A stretch of DNA of 63,921 nucleotides, filler included, from Licmophora abbreviata (Eukaryota): the NCBI GenBank assembly GCA_900291995.1. It is 11 parts of 11 records of this genome, joined end to end, with 100 filler letters (N's around TTAATTAATTAA, not from the genome) between each part and the next. Parts side by side here need not be neighbours in the genome. Positions count along the whole stretch, not along the records: positions 44,566 to 47,987 come from OLMU01003265.1; positions 48,088 to 53,023 come from OLMU01003266.1; positions 53,124 to 54,859 come from OLMU01003268.1; positions 54,960 to 59,899 come from OLMU01003269.1; 7 more parts are not named here. The stretch is one strand, 5' to 3'. Of this stretch, positions 45,793 to 56,233 are shown piece by piece. Positions within the stretch are counted from its first letter, which is position 1. Each line of letters opens with the position of its first letter. The notes under the pieces were generated by a model. The model was not told where the DNA came from. It was given only the letters and a program-made list of their open reading frames with translations, and ran no database searches. The position numbers were made by a program, and so were the translations under genes.

Positions 45793-46374
45793 ATGTCCTT
45801 TACAAAAAGAATGGTAGAGGAAGAGCAGGATCCGTCGCTGATGAATGAGTCGGGCGACGACGTCTTATCTGAGCTCAAGAGTCACCTGGCCGTCATCGAC
45901 GACGAAGCAAACGCAATTATCGCCTTTATTCGGAAGGACGAGACTCCCCCCCGAAAAGTGGCTCGCTCCTTGCAAGGGGCCGACCAGAGCAACACTGATC
46001 CTACCAAAGACGAAGATGAGGATGACGACGATGGAATGGGTGACGAAATTCTGCGACTGGGGAGTGTAGTGGCATCAATCAATCAAGACATTGCTGATGG
46101 CATGGATGGCGTAAGCGTCGACAGTTGCACGAGTGGACTTTCGACGCCAGCCACGGCCGATACAAGTACTCGCTCTGTACCTACGTTCTCGGCATTAGCC
46201 AAAAGACAAAATGACGGCCTTTCTGGGTTTTTCTGGGCTCATGGTAGCGGTGCCCATACGAGGAGACTCTTGATTGCGAACATCTTTGTGTGGGGCTTCG
46301 TGTATCTATTTATGCTTTACGTTCGCCTTGGTAAAATGGCCGATGACGGCAAAATCTACCTCCACTGGCAGTAA
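45793..46374 (+). CDS. Hypothetical acidic protein with a single C-terminal TM helix
   Basis: 193-aa ATG ORF; LLIANIFVWGFVYLFMLYV near the C-terminus. Confidence 0.65.
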   Translation: MSFTKRMVEEEQDPSLMNESGDDVLSELKSHLAVIDDEANAIIAFIRKDETPPRKVARSLQGADQSNTDPTKDEDEDDDDGMGDEILRLGSVVASINQDIADGMDGVSVDSCTSGLSTPATADTSTRSVPTFSALAKRQNDGLSGFFWAHGSGAHTRRLLIANIFVWGFVYLFMLYVRLGKMADDGKIYLHWQ

Positions 46375-46667
46375 CTCCAAAAAGATTCCCCGTCAAGCTT
46401 GAAATTTGTCTGTTGTGCCGGCAGAGCAAGCTCCACGACTACAAAACATTCTTCATGTCTGACATCCGCATAGTTACGTTAGTGCGTAGAGAGGCAGTCC
46501 CAATGTCCTGCTGTCTACTTCTAGATTCATACAAAAGCTACTAAATGTGATAATAAACTACAAGTGTGTCCTCTTCATAGCTGTAATCCTTTCGGCACAA
46601 GCGGAAGCAGTCCTGTGAACAACAGTGCTCCGTCCGCCCCTCAAGACGATTTCGTTCGGACAGTTCA

Positions 46668-47723
46668 TCATAAACCTCTCGGTCGGATCCAGAAGGAGCT
46701 AAGAGCGTCCCAGCAAGCTGAAACCCAGTGAACAAGAGGGAGCTCCCATCCACTGTGAGGGACCGCTACATTGTGGCCGTCAGCTTCATCATCGTCCATG
46801 TGATGGTCTCCTCCGCGCACCCCGGCTCTTCTTGATAGAGATGACCGTTCCCTCAGTAGATGTCGTCGCAGCGACAGGTGTCTTTCCATGGGAAAAAGCG
46901 ACAAAAAGTGATTCCCGCTGTCCAGCTGCCTCCCAGGAGAAACGTCGGGGAACCTCGAATCGGCCGACAGAATGTGCAATGGCTCTCGTCGATCAAATTT
47001 GGGAGATCCAAAGCAAGCCATGCGTCTCAGCTGAAACTTCTTTCCAGCCGGGAACAGTTCATAGACATGGATTGGGCGTCGTAAAACATTGCAGAGCGCG
47101 ACAATCTCTGGTCCTCCGCCCCAATACGAGTCCTGTCGCATGAGCTCACAGTACGTTTCCCCGCTCAAGCCATATTGCGCCGCGGCAGCGTCGACCAAGT
47201 CATGCGCTCTTAGGTATTCGTGCCCTTGCAGAAACAGCAGTCTGCGATGGTGCAAGAGGCATTCAACCGCCTGCTGTCTCAGCTGAGCTGAGTTGTGCCG
47301 GAGGTTCTCCAATAGCTCGTTTCTTGGCATATGAGTTCGATTCAAGGCAAACGAAAGGGACGTCGCAATCGAATGGAATAAGCAGTTTCCATCTCCTGGA
47401 ACTTGGCGAATTTTAACAGGAACTTCTGCAAGTTCTCGAAAGCGACGTGACCTGGGACCGTGCTTGCCACTGAGTTGCGCTTCCTCCTCCCAATCACCCG
47501 GGCATCTTGTGTACGTGTCTTTGAGGAAGCCGTCGTCGTCAATCTTTGAGCTTGGGTTCCATGGGGGTGCATCTTCGTTGCGATATGAGGAACGAGGAAT
47601 AGTCGTGGCAATGATCGACGCTGCAGCACGTGATCCCAGGGCCGCGTAATCGCCTGCTGTCACAGCCCAGCAAGCCACCCCTACCTGCAAGACTCGACGC
47701 GGCATCAGCATGAAAGAAGGCAT
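46668..47723 (-). CDS. OTU-family cysteine protease/deubiquitinase
   Basis: VPGDGNCLFHSI, WGGGPEIVAL, GNHFLSL catalytic motifs. Confidence 0.9.
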   Translation of the reverse strand: MPSFMLMPRRVLQVGVACWAVTAGDYAALGSRAAASIIATTIPRSSYRNEDAPPWNPSSKIDDDGFLKDTYTRCPGDWEEEAQLSGKHGPRSRRFRELAEVPVKIRQVPGDGNCLFHSIATSLSFALNRTHMPRNELLENLRHNSAQLRQQAVECLLHHRRLLFLQGHEYLRAHDLVDAAAAQYGLSGETYCELMRQDSYWGGGPEIVALCNVLRRPIHVYELFPAGKKFQLRRMACFGSPKFDRREPLHILSADSRFPDVSPGRQLDSGNHFLSLFPMERHLSLRRHLLRERSSLSRRAGVRGGDHHMDDDEADGHNVAVPHSGWELPLVHWVSACWDALSSFWIRPRGL

Positions 47724-47731
47724 CTTACAAG

Positions 47732-47815
47732 TACCGGTATGGTTTCTGATTAAAAGTTGTCGAAAAGGTGGTAAAGCAGAACAAAAAGCTGTTGTGGGGT
47801 TAGTAGGTACCGGTA
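47732..47815. promoter_or_regulatory. Two TACCGGTA palindromes immediately upstream of the OTU gene
   Basis: Exact copies at 47732-47739 and 47808-47815. Confidence 0.45.
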
Positions 47816-47912
47816 TACTACTAGCGGCTACTGTTTCGTTCCCCGTCTTCTCCCTTGCATGCCTCCGGTGTGATGGTGTGATGTCGTTGGTCGTTGTGTC
47901 GCTCGTTTGGTG

Positions 47913-47958
47913 TGCTTGTTTGTTTGCTTGCTTGTTTGCTTGTTTGTTTTTGTGTGTG
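47913..47958. repeat. Imperfect (TTTG/CTTG)n simple repeat
   Basis: tgcttgtttgtttgcttgcttgtttgcttgtttg... just before a gap. Confidence 0.8.
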
Positions 47959-47987
47959 TCTGTGTCCGTTTGTCCACCAGGTAAAAC

Positions 47988-48087
47988 NNNNNNNNNNNNN
48001 NNNNNNNNNNNNNNNNNNNNNNNNNNNNNNNTTAATTAATTAANNNNNNNNNNNNNNNNNNNNNNNNNNNNNNNNNNNNNNNNNNNN
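47988..48087. other. Artificial assembly gap linker
   Basis: 44 N + TTAATTAATTAA + 44 N. Confidence 0.98.
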
Positions 48088-48362
48088 ATCGCGGTACCGG
48101 TGCCGGTTCGGGCTCGCACGATGAGGCTCTTTGGACACCTACGAGCTGTACAAATCCTATTTCTCTTGACCGACGTTCTCGCCTTGTGGCGACAGAAATA
48201 TGACATATGGCAAGCCACAAGCGAGATGTTGAAGATAAAGTGCACCTTCTTTCGTATACCCGGTAATTAGAAGTGCTTCGTTATATAGACAAGCAGCAAA
48301 CTACAGAAACGTGAAATAATGGGGCTGAGCTCGGCGTTGACTTTGCTCGGATCTCCATGTAG

Positions 48363-50168
48363 CTACGAGACTGGTTTAACCCACATAACTTTGCCCTCTG
48401 ACGGGACTCCGTTCGTATCGATGACATTCAGCATCCATAGGCCGGGTACAATAGTGTTGGGCCCAGGAGTGAAAACGCGGATACGCGTCCCTTCATTCCC
48501 AATAGCTTTAAATCTGAGATTCAGCCATCGAGAGTCAAAGTTACGTGAATGAGTTTGGAAACCAGGCTTGGTTGCAGTAACCTTCGTGATCACAGACGAA
48601 TCGTCGACTGTGATCACGAAGTTCTTACCAGCTGTGAAACTCTCACTCCATTTGAATATCACAGGCCTTGGACCTTCACCGAACAGGTAGCCTGGAGAGT
48701 AGATCTGACCATCCAGATTCGTTATTGGGCCCGGAACTCCCCCGCCTCCCGAGAAGATTCTGCCATCCGGAAGAGTCACAGTACTCGAATGGTAGAGACG
48801 AGCGATACCTTGTTCCTCACTGCTAGTGAACACTTGGTCTGTGACAGGATCCCAAATTTGGATGTTCAGAACAGCGCTCTCCACGGTTCCATCAACTTCA
48901 GAGTTGCTGGTGCAACCACCCACAATCGCGACGCGTCCATCCGGCAGCAAAGTCATTCCAGAATGGTAGCGAGGATACCCAAGAGAAGCTTTTTGAGTAA
49001 CGGAAATCTTGAATGGATTGGAAATGTCCATGTTCCATAGATTGCCAACTACATCCATCAGAACAATCTGGTTCACATCGTATTGAATCGAAGGAAGCGA
49101 AAACTCTGTTAAAAAAGAGAGCGGTGCATTGAGCTTCTTGATACTTCCCTGTCCGCCCACACCAACTCTGTAAATGTTGGGACCGAAGCCTGCTGGACAC
49201 ATCACGAGAATGTTGCCGCGGGAGTTTACAAAGACCAAAGGATACCACCACCAGCTTCCTTGACACACCGGGCCAAAGGTGTTGACCGGTAACTCGGCCC
49301 GAGGCAGAGCGCGAAAGCCTGAGACTCGATCCCAAATTTCTGGGATAGAGCTGCCAGTATCGTCATCGATATCGGATCTTCCTCCAGCAATAAAGATGCG
49401 ACCGTCTGGTAAGTTGATGCTCGACCCGTACCATCGTGGATAGTGCATTGTACCCAAGGTATGCTCTTGCATCTCATAAGTGTTGACATTAAATTCCGTC
49501 ACGGCAGGACTGCCTAAGCCTCCCCCATTATCGCCGCCCATGAGAAGAATGTTTCCTGTAAATACATTCATCGACGCAGTCGTACAAAAGAGGATTGTCC
49601 CCACAATGGAGTGGGTCAAAAGAGTATGACTCTCTGCTAGCGACTCGTCGCCTGCTGTATCCCAAATTTCGTACCCGGGACCGAGATTGTCGTCAAAGCC
49701 GTCACCTCCATATACCAGCATCTTGCCATCGAATAGCAGCATGGAAAAAATTGCGATGAGATTCATATCGAAGAGCTCTCCCCAGACTCCAAGGGAGTCA
49801 GCGGAGCACAGTCCACACGTAGCCGGGCAGATAGTGGAGATTCTTGCGTTGTTCTTCTCGCACGTTTGCGTAATCAGTGAAATACTCAACTTCGAGAGAT
49901 CTTCGCAGTTGACGCGCCCGGCAACTCCCCTGGCTCGAAAAGTCTTGCTTAAGTCGTCCTCGCAATCCAGAAGTGATCGGTCTTCGTCGAGGTCGATACT
50001 CTTCCAGATGGCAGGAGGCTGAGGAGCGTCGTAGGTTTGGGAGCTTGGAGAACTTCGTTCGTTAGATTTCGAATGGTCGGAAAGCGCATTGTTGGAGAAG
50101 ACGGCCAGCACTGAGACGAGAGCAGCAACTGCAACAAGTAGTGCTAGAGTTCCATGACATTTACTCAT
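48363..50168 (-). CDS. Secreted copper radical oxidase (galactose/glyoxal oxidase, CAZy AA5) with Cys-rich ShK-like N-terminal module and C-terminal DUF1929-type domain
   Basis: Signal/TM; CPATCGLC; ILFCTT (Cys), PRWYGS (Tyr), RLYHSS (Tyr-His), QTHS (His); LPDGR kelch repeats; PGLWML...GVPS. Confidence 0.9.
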   Translation of the reverse strand: MSKCHGTLALLVAVAALVSVLAVFSNNALSDHSKSNERSSPSSQTYDAPQPPAIWKSIDLDEDRSLLDCEDDLSKTFRARGVAGRVNCEDLSKLSISLITQTCEKNNARISTICPATCGLCSADSLGVWGELFDMNLIAIFSMLLFDGKMLVYGGDGFDDNLGPGYEIWDTAGDESLAESHTLLTHSIVGTILFCTTASMNVFTGNILLMGGDNGGGLGSPAVTEFNVNTYEMQEHTLGTMHYPRWYGSSINLPDGRIFIAGGRSDIDDDTGSSIPEIWDRVSGFRALPRAELPVNTFGPVCQGSWWWYPLVFVNSRGNILVMCPAGFGPNIYRVGVGGQGSIKKLNAPLSFLTEFSLPSIQYDVNQIVLMDVVGNLWNMDISNPFKISVTQKASLGYPRYHSGMTLLPDGRVAIVGGCTSNSEVDGTVESAVLNIQIWDPVTDQVFTSSEEQGIARLYHSSTVTLPDGRIFSGGGGVPGPITNLDGQIYSPGYLFGEGPRPVIFKWSESFTAGKNFVITVDDSSVITKVTATKPGFQTHSRNFDSRWLNLRFKAIGNEGTRIRVFTPGPNTIVPGLWMLNVIDTNGVPSEGKVMWVKPVS

Positions 50169-50802
50169 GGTTCGGTCGGCGTTTGTTTTTGGTATCAGGA
50201 TGGTTCTGTGCGACAAAGGGGGGCGCTGCCGTGTAAGTTGCTTGAGGGGTTGTTTCTAAGGGTCTCCGTTCATCAGCGGTATCATACGATAACGAAGAAG
50301 GCAGTGGTTCCTCGTGCGCCTGGCAGCGAGCTGCCGGACCGGTGATGGCAACCATCGTTCAACGAGACGCAAAAGCAAACAGTGCACCTTCTCACTTTCT
50401 CACCTCACACTCTCAGATGATCAACGTGTCACTTCTCTTCCATTTCAAGGTCTGAGTCGACTGTTTGCATTCGTCTTCTGTATTTAATAAGAGTTCGCAT
50501 TTGGTTCACTGTTTGTATCCAGCGTCACAGCGTGTCGTCGTCGTGCCGCACAGCTTCACGCCACCCCCGATTTTTGTTTTGTCTGGTTACCGTTCTTCGC
50601 AAAGTCTTTAAGCTCCTGAAACTTGAGTAGCGTGTATGTGATATCTGGTACAGGACTCTTATATAGGGTCAACGAAAAATTGTACCGGGGGTACATTATC
50701 TGGTATACTGGATCACTCATTATATTTAATATTATCCGGACACAAAAATACCATTGACCTTTTAATGGAGCGTGGCAATTTGAAATTATCGTTCAGTGAC
50801 AC

Positions 50803-50835
50803 TGACTGACTCGACTCGAGTGACTGACTCGACTC
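50803..50835. repeat. 15-bp direct repeat TGACTGACTCGACTC x2
   Basis: Exact copies at 50803-50817 and 50821-50835. Confidence 0.85.
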
Positions 50836-51593
50836 ATTCAAGAAGGCTTGCCTGTCTGTCCTCCGTGCCAGCACGCTATATTTTATATTATATTTTTACA
50901 GCAGTGATGGCATCCGTACCTCAAGACGGGGGAGATCGAAGAAGTCGGAGACCCAAGGCTCTTTGCTAATAGAGACGCAGAAGAGCGGCTGAAAATGATA
51001 AGTGGTAAGATTTCTTCTCGCTCCCACCCTGGTCCACCCTTTTGAGGTTTGTAGCTAGTGCTCAATGCCCTAACATCGGGTGAAGTGCACCTGCTACTAG
51101 ACTGGCAATTGCAATCATCCGATTGCAATTTTAACTGACTCGTACTGCAATATTAATTGCAAATGTGTGTACGTAGCACTTAAATTGCATAATTGCACCA
51201 GAATGTGCAATAATTTGCAATACTTTTGTTGCCACCCCTGACTATCGCTACTAGGAGTAGTCTAGACCGAGTACCTGTAGATCTGAAGCCGATCTGACAA
51301 GCTTATGTATCGGTGGTCGTTTGGGCAATGAGTTCAATGTAGATCTATGATACAGCTACCGGGTAGAGATGATGCTGCTGTCCATGTCTCTCATGTCGAG
51401 GCCTGTTCCGCATGTCAGCAGTCACGGATGACAACTGTATCCCTATCGGTTCCCGCCGTAGACTCTCTATCTAGTTCCAACTACTAGCAGTCAATCTCTA
51501 GTCAGAGCGGCGGCCACACCGACCTTCTAGTCATACCAAAAGAGCTTGCCAAAGGACCATCGCCCGAAAAACGGGTGGCACGGTCGGACTCAG

Positions 51594-52792
51594 TTAGAGA
51601 AAGTAGTCCGGCGGTGGATTCTTGATCGGCACCCCTCGGGCTTCTTGTGGAGCTGCATCGAATATCTTGAAGCTTCGGTCAAGATTCTCATCCAGTTCCA
51701 GAATCGCCGCCACATTGCCGCATCGGTAGCAGTAGTTAGGCGCGCTCCAAACCGTCACTAAAGCGTCATCAAACATGCTTCGATGCCCTTCCATTACAAG
51801 CTGGTGTGCCCGCGCTATGAGATCCAGATCGTTTCGCTCGTTAAACATGGCGACAATGTCTCCACCAAACAAGTACCCAGCGCCGCGTGGGGACAAGCCC
51901 CAGCCGTCAATCTCTTCAGGATCACTCCACATCAGATCGCACATTGCGCCATCGTGCGGTACCTCCTGCTTACGGTCAATCACTCGAATCTGATCCAAGG
52001 TGTTGATACTGGGGCTCAATCCACCGTGTACGGTAAAAATCTTATCCTCGATAATGGCACTGAGACTGAGGTAATCAAAAATTTCTGTACAGTACCTCCA
52101 GACATTGACCGATCCATACTTGCGCAAGCACTCGTCATAAAACCCGTAGACCTGAGTAATCTGTCTACTTTCATGGTTACCTCGAATCAATGTGATGCGA
52201 TCGGGGTAGCGAACCTTGAGCGCCAAAAGCAACAAGAAGGTTTCCACGGAATAGTAACCTCGATCCACAAAGTCGCCCAGGAAAAGATAGTTTTTGTCCG
52301 GGCATTCGCCCCCAACCTTGAAGAGCTCTACCAAGTCGTAGAATTGTCCGTGGATGTCGCCACAGATCTATAGCAGGAGGGGAGACAATGGGTAGGTTTG
52401 TGTTAGTACCAGCTACACAATAGAAATACACGTATTTGAAAAGGATGTGTAGTGCTCATTCCAATGACATAGATAACGGTAAAATAACGGCTGTATGCAC
52501 GGTTGCACCTATGGCCAGTGGAGCGACGCCGCCAACATCGACCTTCCGTCTCTGAACTTACCGTCACCGGTGCATCTACTCGTTGCACATTGCTCTCATC
52601 AACTAATATCTCACGTGCCCGAAGGCATAGTGCTTTGACTTCGCCTTCCCGCAAATATTCGCAGCGCTTGAGCCGTTCGATCTGCTCGTCGAGGCAACTG
52701 TTTCCGCCGCTAGTCAAGGACGATGCAGCCATATTTGTCGTCAGCGGAAGCGCTGGCTGTGTGTCAACAGGAAAGGGTGTGCCTGTGGGCAT
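51594..52792 (-). CDS. PPP4C: Ser/Thr protein phosphatase 4 catalytic subunit; exons 52792-52562 and 52367-51594
   Basis: [70 protein letters not shown]-terminal DYFL; alternative start 52732. Confidence 0.94.
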
Positions 52793-53023
52793 GACGGCGG
52801 CCGCCCCGGCCTCAACGCTGCTCTTCGTTGCAATCATCGTCGTGGATGCTTTGTGTGGCGATTGCGACAGTCAGTGTGGCCAGTGTCGGGTTCAACCACA
52901 GCCAAACATCAAACGTGTTCGTGCCGGGGAACGTAGGATTTGTACTGGATTCTACGGAGTCCCTGATGGTGCGCCAACACGATTGGGGGACTCCTTCGAC
53001 TCATACATGGAAGTGTCTTGAAA

Positions 53024-53123
53024 NNNNNNNNNNNNNNNNNNNNNNNNNNNNNNNNNNNNNNNNNNNNTTAATTAATTAANNNNNNNNNNNNNNNNNNNNN
53101 NNNNNNNNNNNNNNNNNNNNNNN
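53024..53123. other. Artificial assembly gap linker
   Basis: 44 N + TTAATTAATTAA + 44 N. Confidence 0.98.
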
Positions 53124-53802
53124 CTTTCCATTGAACAAAGTGGGAGAGAACAGTTTTGATTGGAACAGCCGAAGGCAAATGATGTACTTCTCGAGCGGGC
53201 CGCCAGTTTGTGTGTGGTGGGAGATCGTATCCGTGAGGAGCGTCAAAGCCCATGCGCAGAATGCGTTCCCGGTCCTCAATCATGATGGTCTTCAGTGTGA
53301 ACGGCAAATCACAATAGGAACTCAAAGAACGACCTCTAAATGTCTTGGCGGAGGGCGATTGCCGCTGTTTCTTGCTGGATGACGCAGATTTTGTCTGGTG
53401 TGCCTTTTTTCGCTTCCGGTCACTGCCGGGTGCGGCAGAGGGAATGGTTCGTTGCTGTCTTTCTTGCGCAGCTTGCGTTTCTTGTTGTATACGCTGCCTG
53501 TTCTCGGGCGTGTCGGGAAGCAAATCGTCTTTGGAAAGCCACTTGTCCCATCGCGCATTCCATCCTGCATAGTGAATATAAAATTTCCAAGCTTCGTTCT
53601 GCCATGATGCCTTGCGAACGACAGCTTCGTAGTGGATTCCACCTTCTCGAGCCCAGACTTTCTGGTCGGGCACGAAGGCCGGCGCGGGGTGAAAGTCTTG
53701 TTCGTCGTCGTCGTCGTCGTCTGCCATCATCGGTGATCCTTGCTCCTGTGCTCCATCCTCCTTTCTAGAAGGGAGGGAGGAGGTGGGAGAAGGCGAAGAC
53801 AT
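53124..53802 (-). CDS. MRG15/Eaf3-like chromo-barrel protein, N-terminal part (3' lost in gap)
   Basis: YEAVVR...FYIHYAGWNARWDKW; LPFTLKTIMIED and HHLPSAVPIKTVL mark the start of the MRG domain. Confidence 0.85.
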
Positions 53803-54098
53803 GACACGAGGAGGAGGACGAGCAGAGCTGATGGCGGATGGTCCAGTGAAAAAAATGAAATGGATTTCACTACCCTCGTCCCTCATCAGCGCAGCAGCGT
53901 TGCGAGTTTGAAGATCGAAATTTTGGCGAATTTGCGCTCAAAAACCATCCAAAATGTGCAAAATACCACAAAACATGAAACATCAAGTTGATAAATGAAG
54001 CCTTCTCGTCGCCATTCGATCCATCACGACGACATCAACGCTCGGTCCATCGTCGCCCCGGAAAGCCCAAACTTAAATTCGTTTATTGGACACTCGCA

Positions 54099-54755
54099 AT
54101 GGTGCCGTTTTGTTCATTGAGACTTCTAGGATCCGTGCTTGTACTTTCGGGTGTCGTTCTGTCGTTCACGCCTTGCCAAGTGACCCGGCGGTGCGCGCTG
54201 ACACCGACATCATCGCGCTTGTTTCTCACTCCGTCCAACGACGATGAGTTGACACGGCGTGAATTTTGGAAGAAGGCGAGTTTCGCAGTAGCACCTGCTC
54301 TTCTTTCATCCACCCCTGTCTGTGCAAAAGAGACCGAACCGCTTACTCGTGAGAATGTGGAAGCCGCCTTTGCGGCCCTCGCGTACGAGCTCCGAGATCC
54401 CAATGGCGGAGTCCAAGTGATTCAACGGAAAATCGACGAGAGAGATTGGGAAGGAGTACTGGACTTTACCAAGAACTACGACCTAGTGTTGCGAAAGCAG
54501 AAGTGGGCACGTGCCAAGTCATTCCTGACGAACAATGCCGAAAAGGAAGTAGCAACTATCGCTGGAAATGCTGTAACTTTCGATCTTATTGGAATCAACC
54601 GTGCGTGTCGCGCGGGAAAAGAGAATGCGGATCTGGCGAACAAGTATCTCAATGAGCTGCGAACAGATATTCAGAGCTTGATTGATATGCAAAAGACGAT
54701 TCAGTACGATCAGGGAGGGTTTGATATGTACATGAACGAAATCAGGGGCGGCTAA
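54099..54755 (+). CDS. Putative thylakoid-lumen protein (PsbQ-like helical bundle)
   Basis: Signal peptide ending VLS-F, transit peptide, twin-Arg LTRREF + hydrophobic stretch + VCA cleavage site; helical mature domain. Confidence 0.65.
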   Translation: MVPFCSLRLLGSVLVLSGVVLSFTPCQVTRRCALTPTSSRLFLTPSNDDELTRREFWKKASFAVAPALLSSTPVCAKETEPLTRENVEAAFAALAYELRDPNGGVQVIQRKIDERDWEGVLDFTKNYDLVLRKQKWARAKSFLTNNAEKEVATIAGNAVTFDLIGINRACRAGKENADLANKYLNELRTDIQSLIDMQKTIQYDQGGFDMYMNEIRGG

Positions 54756-54859
54756 TTGGCTGGTTAAAGAGCTAGCGAATGAGTTTCGGCGTGGATGAGA
54801 AATTCTGGCTCTTCGCTACTATCGACACTAAAGGCGTAATCTGGATGCTTCAGGCTAGG

Positions 54860-54959
54860 NNNNNNNNNNNNNNNNNNNNNNNNNNNNNNNNNNNNNNNNN
54901 NNNTTAATTAATTAANNNNNNNNNNNNNNNNNNNNNNNNNNNNNNNNNNNNNNNNNNNN
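54860..54959. other. Artificial assembly gap linker
   Basis: 44 N + TTAATTAATTAA + 44 N. Confidence 0.98.
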
Positions 54960-55574
54960 CTAGTCCATCCATTTGTAATAGATGCTTTCAACACTTGTGA
55001 CTTCCGTAGGATCTAATTGACCCTGAAGCGGTTCTTCTCCGCTCATGCCCTTGACGAACTTTTGAATGATTTGCTTTTCGGAAAAGGCCTTCGATATCAC
55101 TTGTCCTTGCGAGTTTCGTTTGGCCGTCACCTCAATGTCGCCACTATCATTCTGAGAAGTCACAAAGAATCGAATGCCTCCATCGACACTTCCTTTTTCT
55201 TGAGTCTTCTTGCGTAAAAAAAGAACATCGACTCCCCCATCGTGTGTGGGAAGGTACTGCAGGGGCTGTACCGGAAGGATCGCAGAGAAGGGGAAAGACT
55301 GCGTATATTGTCGTATTATCTCGACCGCATCGTCAGTTGAAACATCTTGGTTGATGGAAAGGTGTAACTTCATTAATGTTTCTTCGTTGTCGTCGAAATC
55401 GTCAAGGGCGGAATGCAACTGTGTACCTGGCATGAACGTGGTGCCATCAGTATGCTTTCGTTGGACAATGCTCACGCTTGTTCTTCTCGTGGAAACGTGG
55501 CTCAAGTATGCCGAAGACGAGCCCCAGAGCGCAAACAGCGCCACGAGTGTGCGCCTCGAAGTCAGGAAGCTCAT
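54960..55574 (-). CDS. Putative plastid-targeted hypothetical protein
   Basis: Signal peptide ending SSA-Y, S/T/R-rich transit peptide, mature domain SFPFSAILPVQPL...GSVDGGIRF. Confidence 0.7.
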   Translation of the reverse strand: MSFLTSRRTLVALFALWGSSSAYLSHVSTRRTSVSIVQRKHTDGTTFMPGTQLHSALDDFDDNEETLMKLHLSINQDVSTDDAVEIIRQYTQSFPFSAILPVQPLQYLPTHDGGVDVLFLRKKTQEKGSVDGGIRFFVTSQNDSGDIEVTAKRNSQGQVISKAFSEKQIIQKFVKGMSGEEPLQGQLDPTEVTSVESIYYKWMD

Positions 55575-56233
55575 AGGCCGTCTCGGTGCGTTGTGTTGCT
55601 CTCTTGCAGTTACTCTTTGTTGACTGCACTGGGTCTCTGCTGCAGTGTGACGATGAAAGCAATGACGCATGACGACGTGACGAGCAAGAGGGAGTGTTTT
55701 TGTGAGGGAAAATGAAATTTTGAAAAAAACTAAAATTCGGTAGTTTCTCGAGCAGCTGAAAGTTGTTCTTCTCGGTCGGTGGACAGACGCTCCGGCGCGC
55801 GCTGTTCAACGGCTACAACTCAAAGAAATTGAGAGCTAATCTCTTCGAGACCATTCTCGACGACAGCGATGAGCGAGATGCGCGACCCATGACTTCAACT
55901 CATTGACCATATTTATCGTATTTATCATATCGTAATATATGCCGAAAGTGCTACTCAAGGCAACATGTCCACAAGGCGCGCCAACACACAATGTGACCGG
56001 TAAACCACATTACTCTCGTTGAAAGGGACGCTCGCACGATCGATACCAGTTCCGGATACAGCAGAGCCAAGGCCTTGCATTGGAACTGTTTGCATCGTAC
56101 CCTGGTAGCAACGCTCAACGGCGGTACCTGGTAGACGCGCAAGCCGTGACAAAGAGAGAACTTTTCGATCGTCTCCGGGATTAGATAGACCAAGAAGGAG
56201 CCCTGTTCCTCGCTATCATTGCAGCATCAGAGC

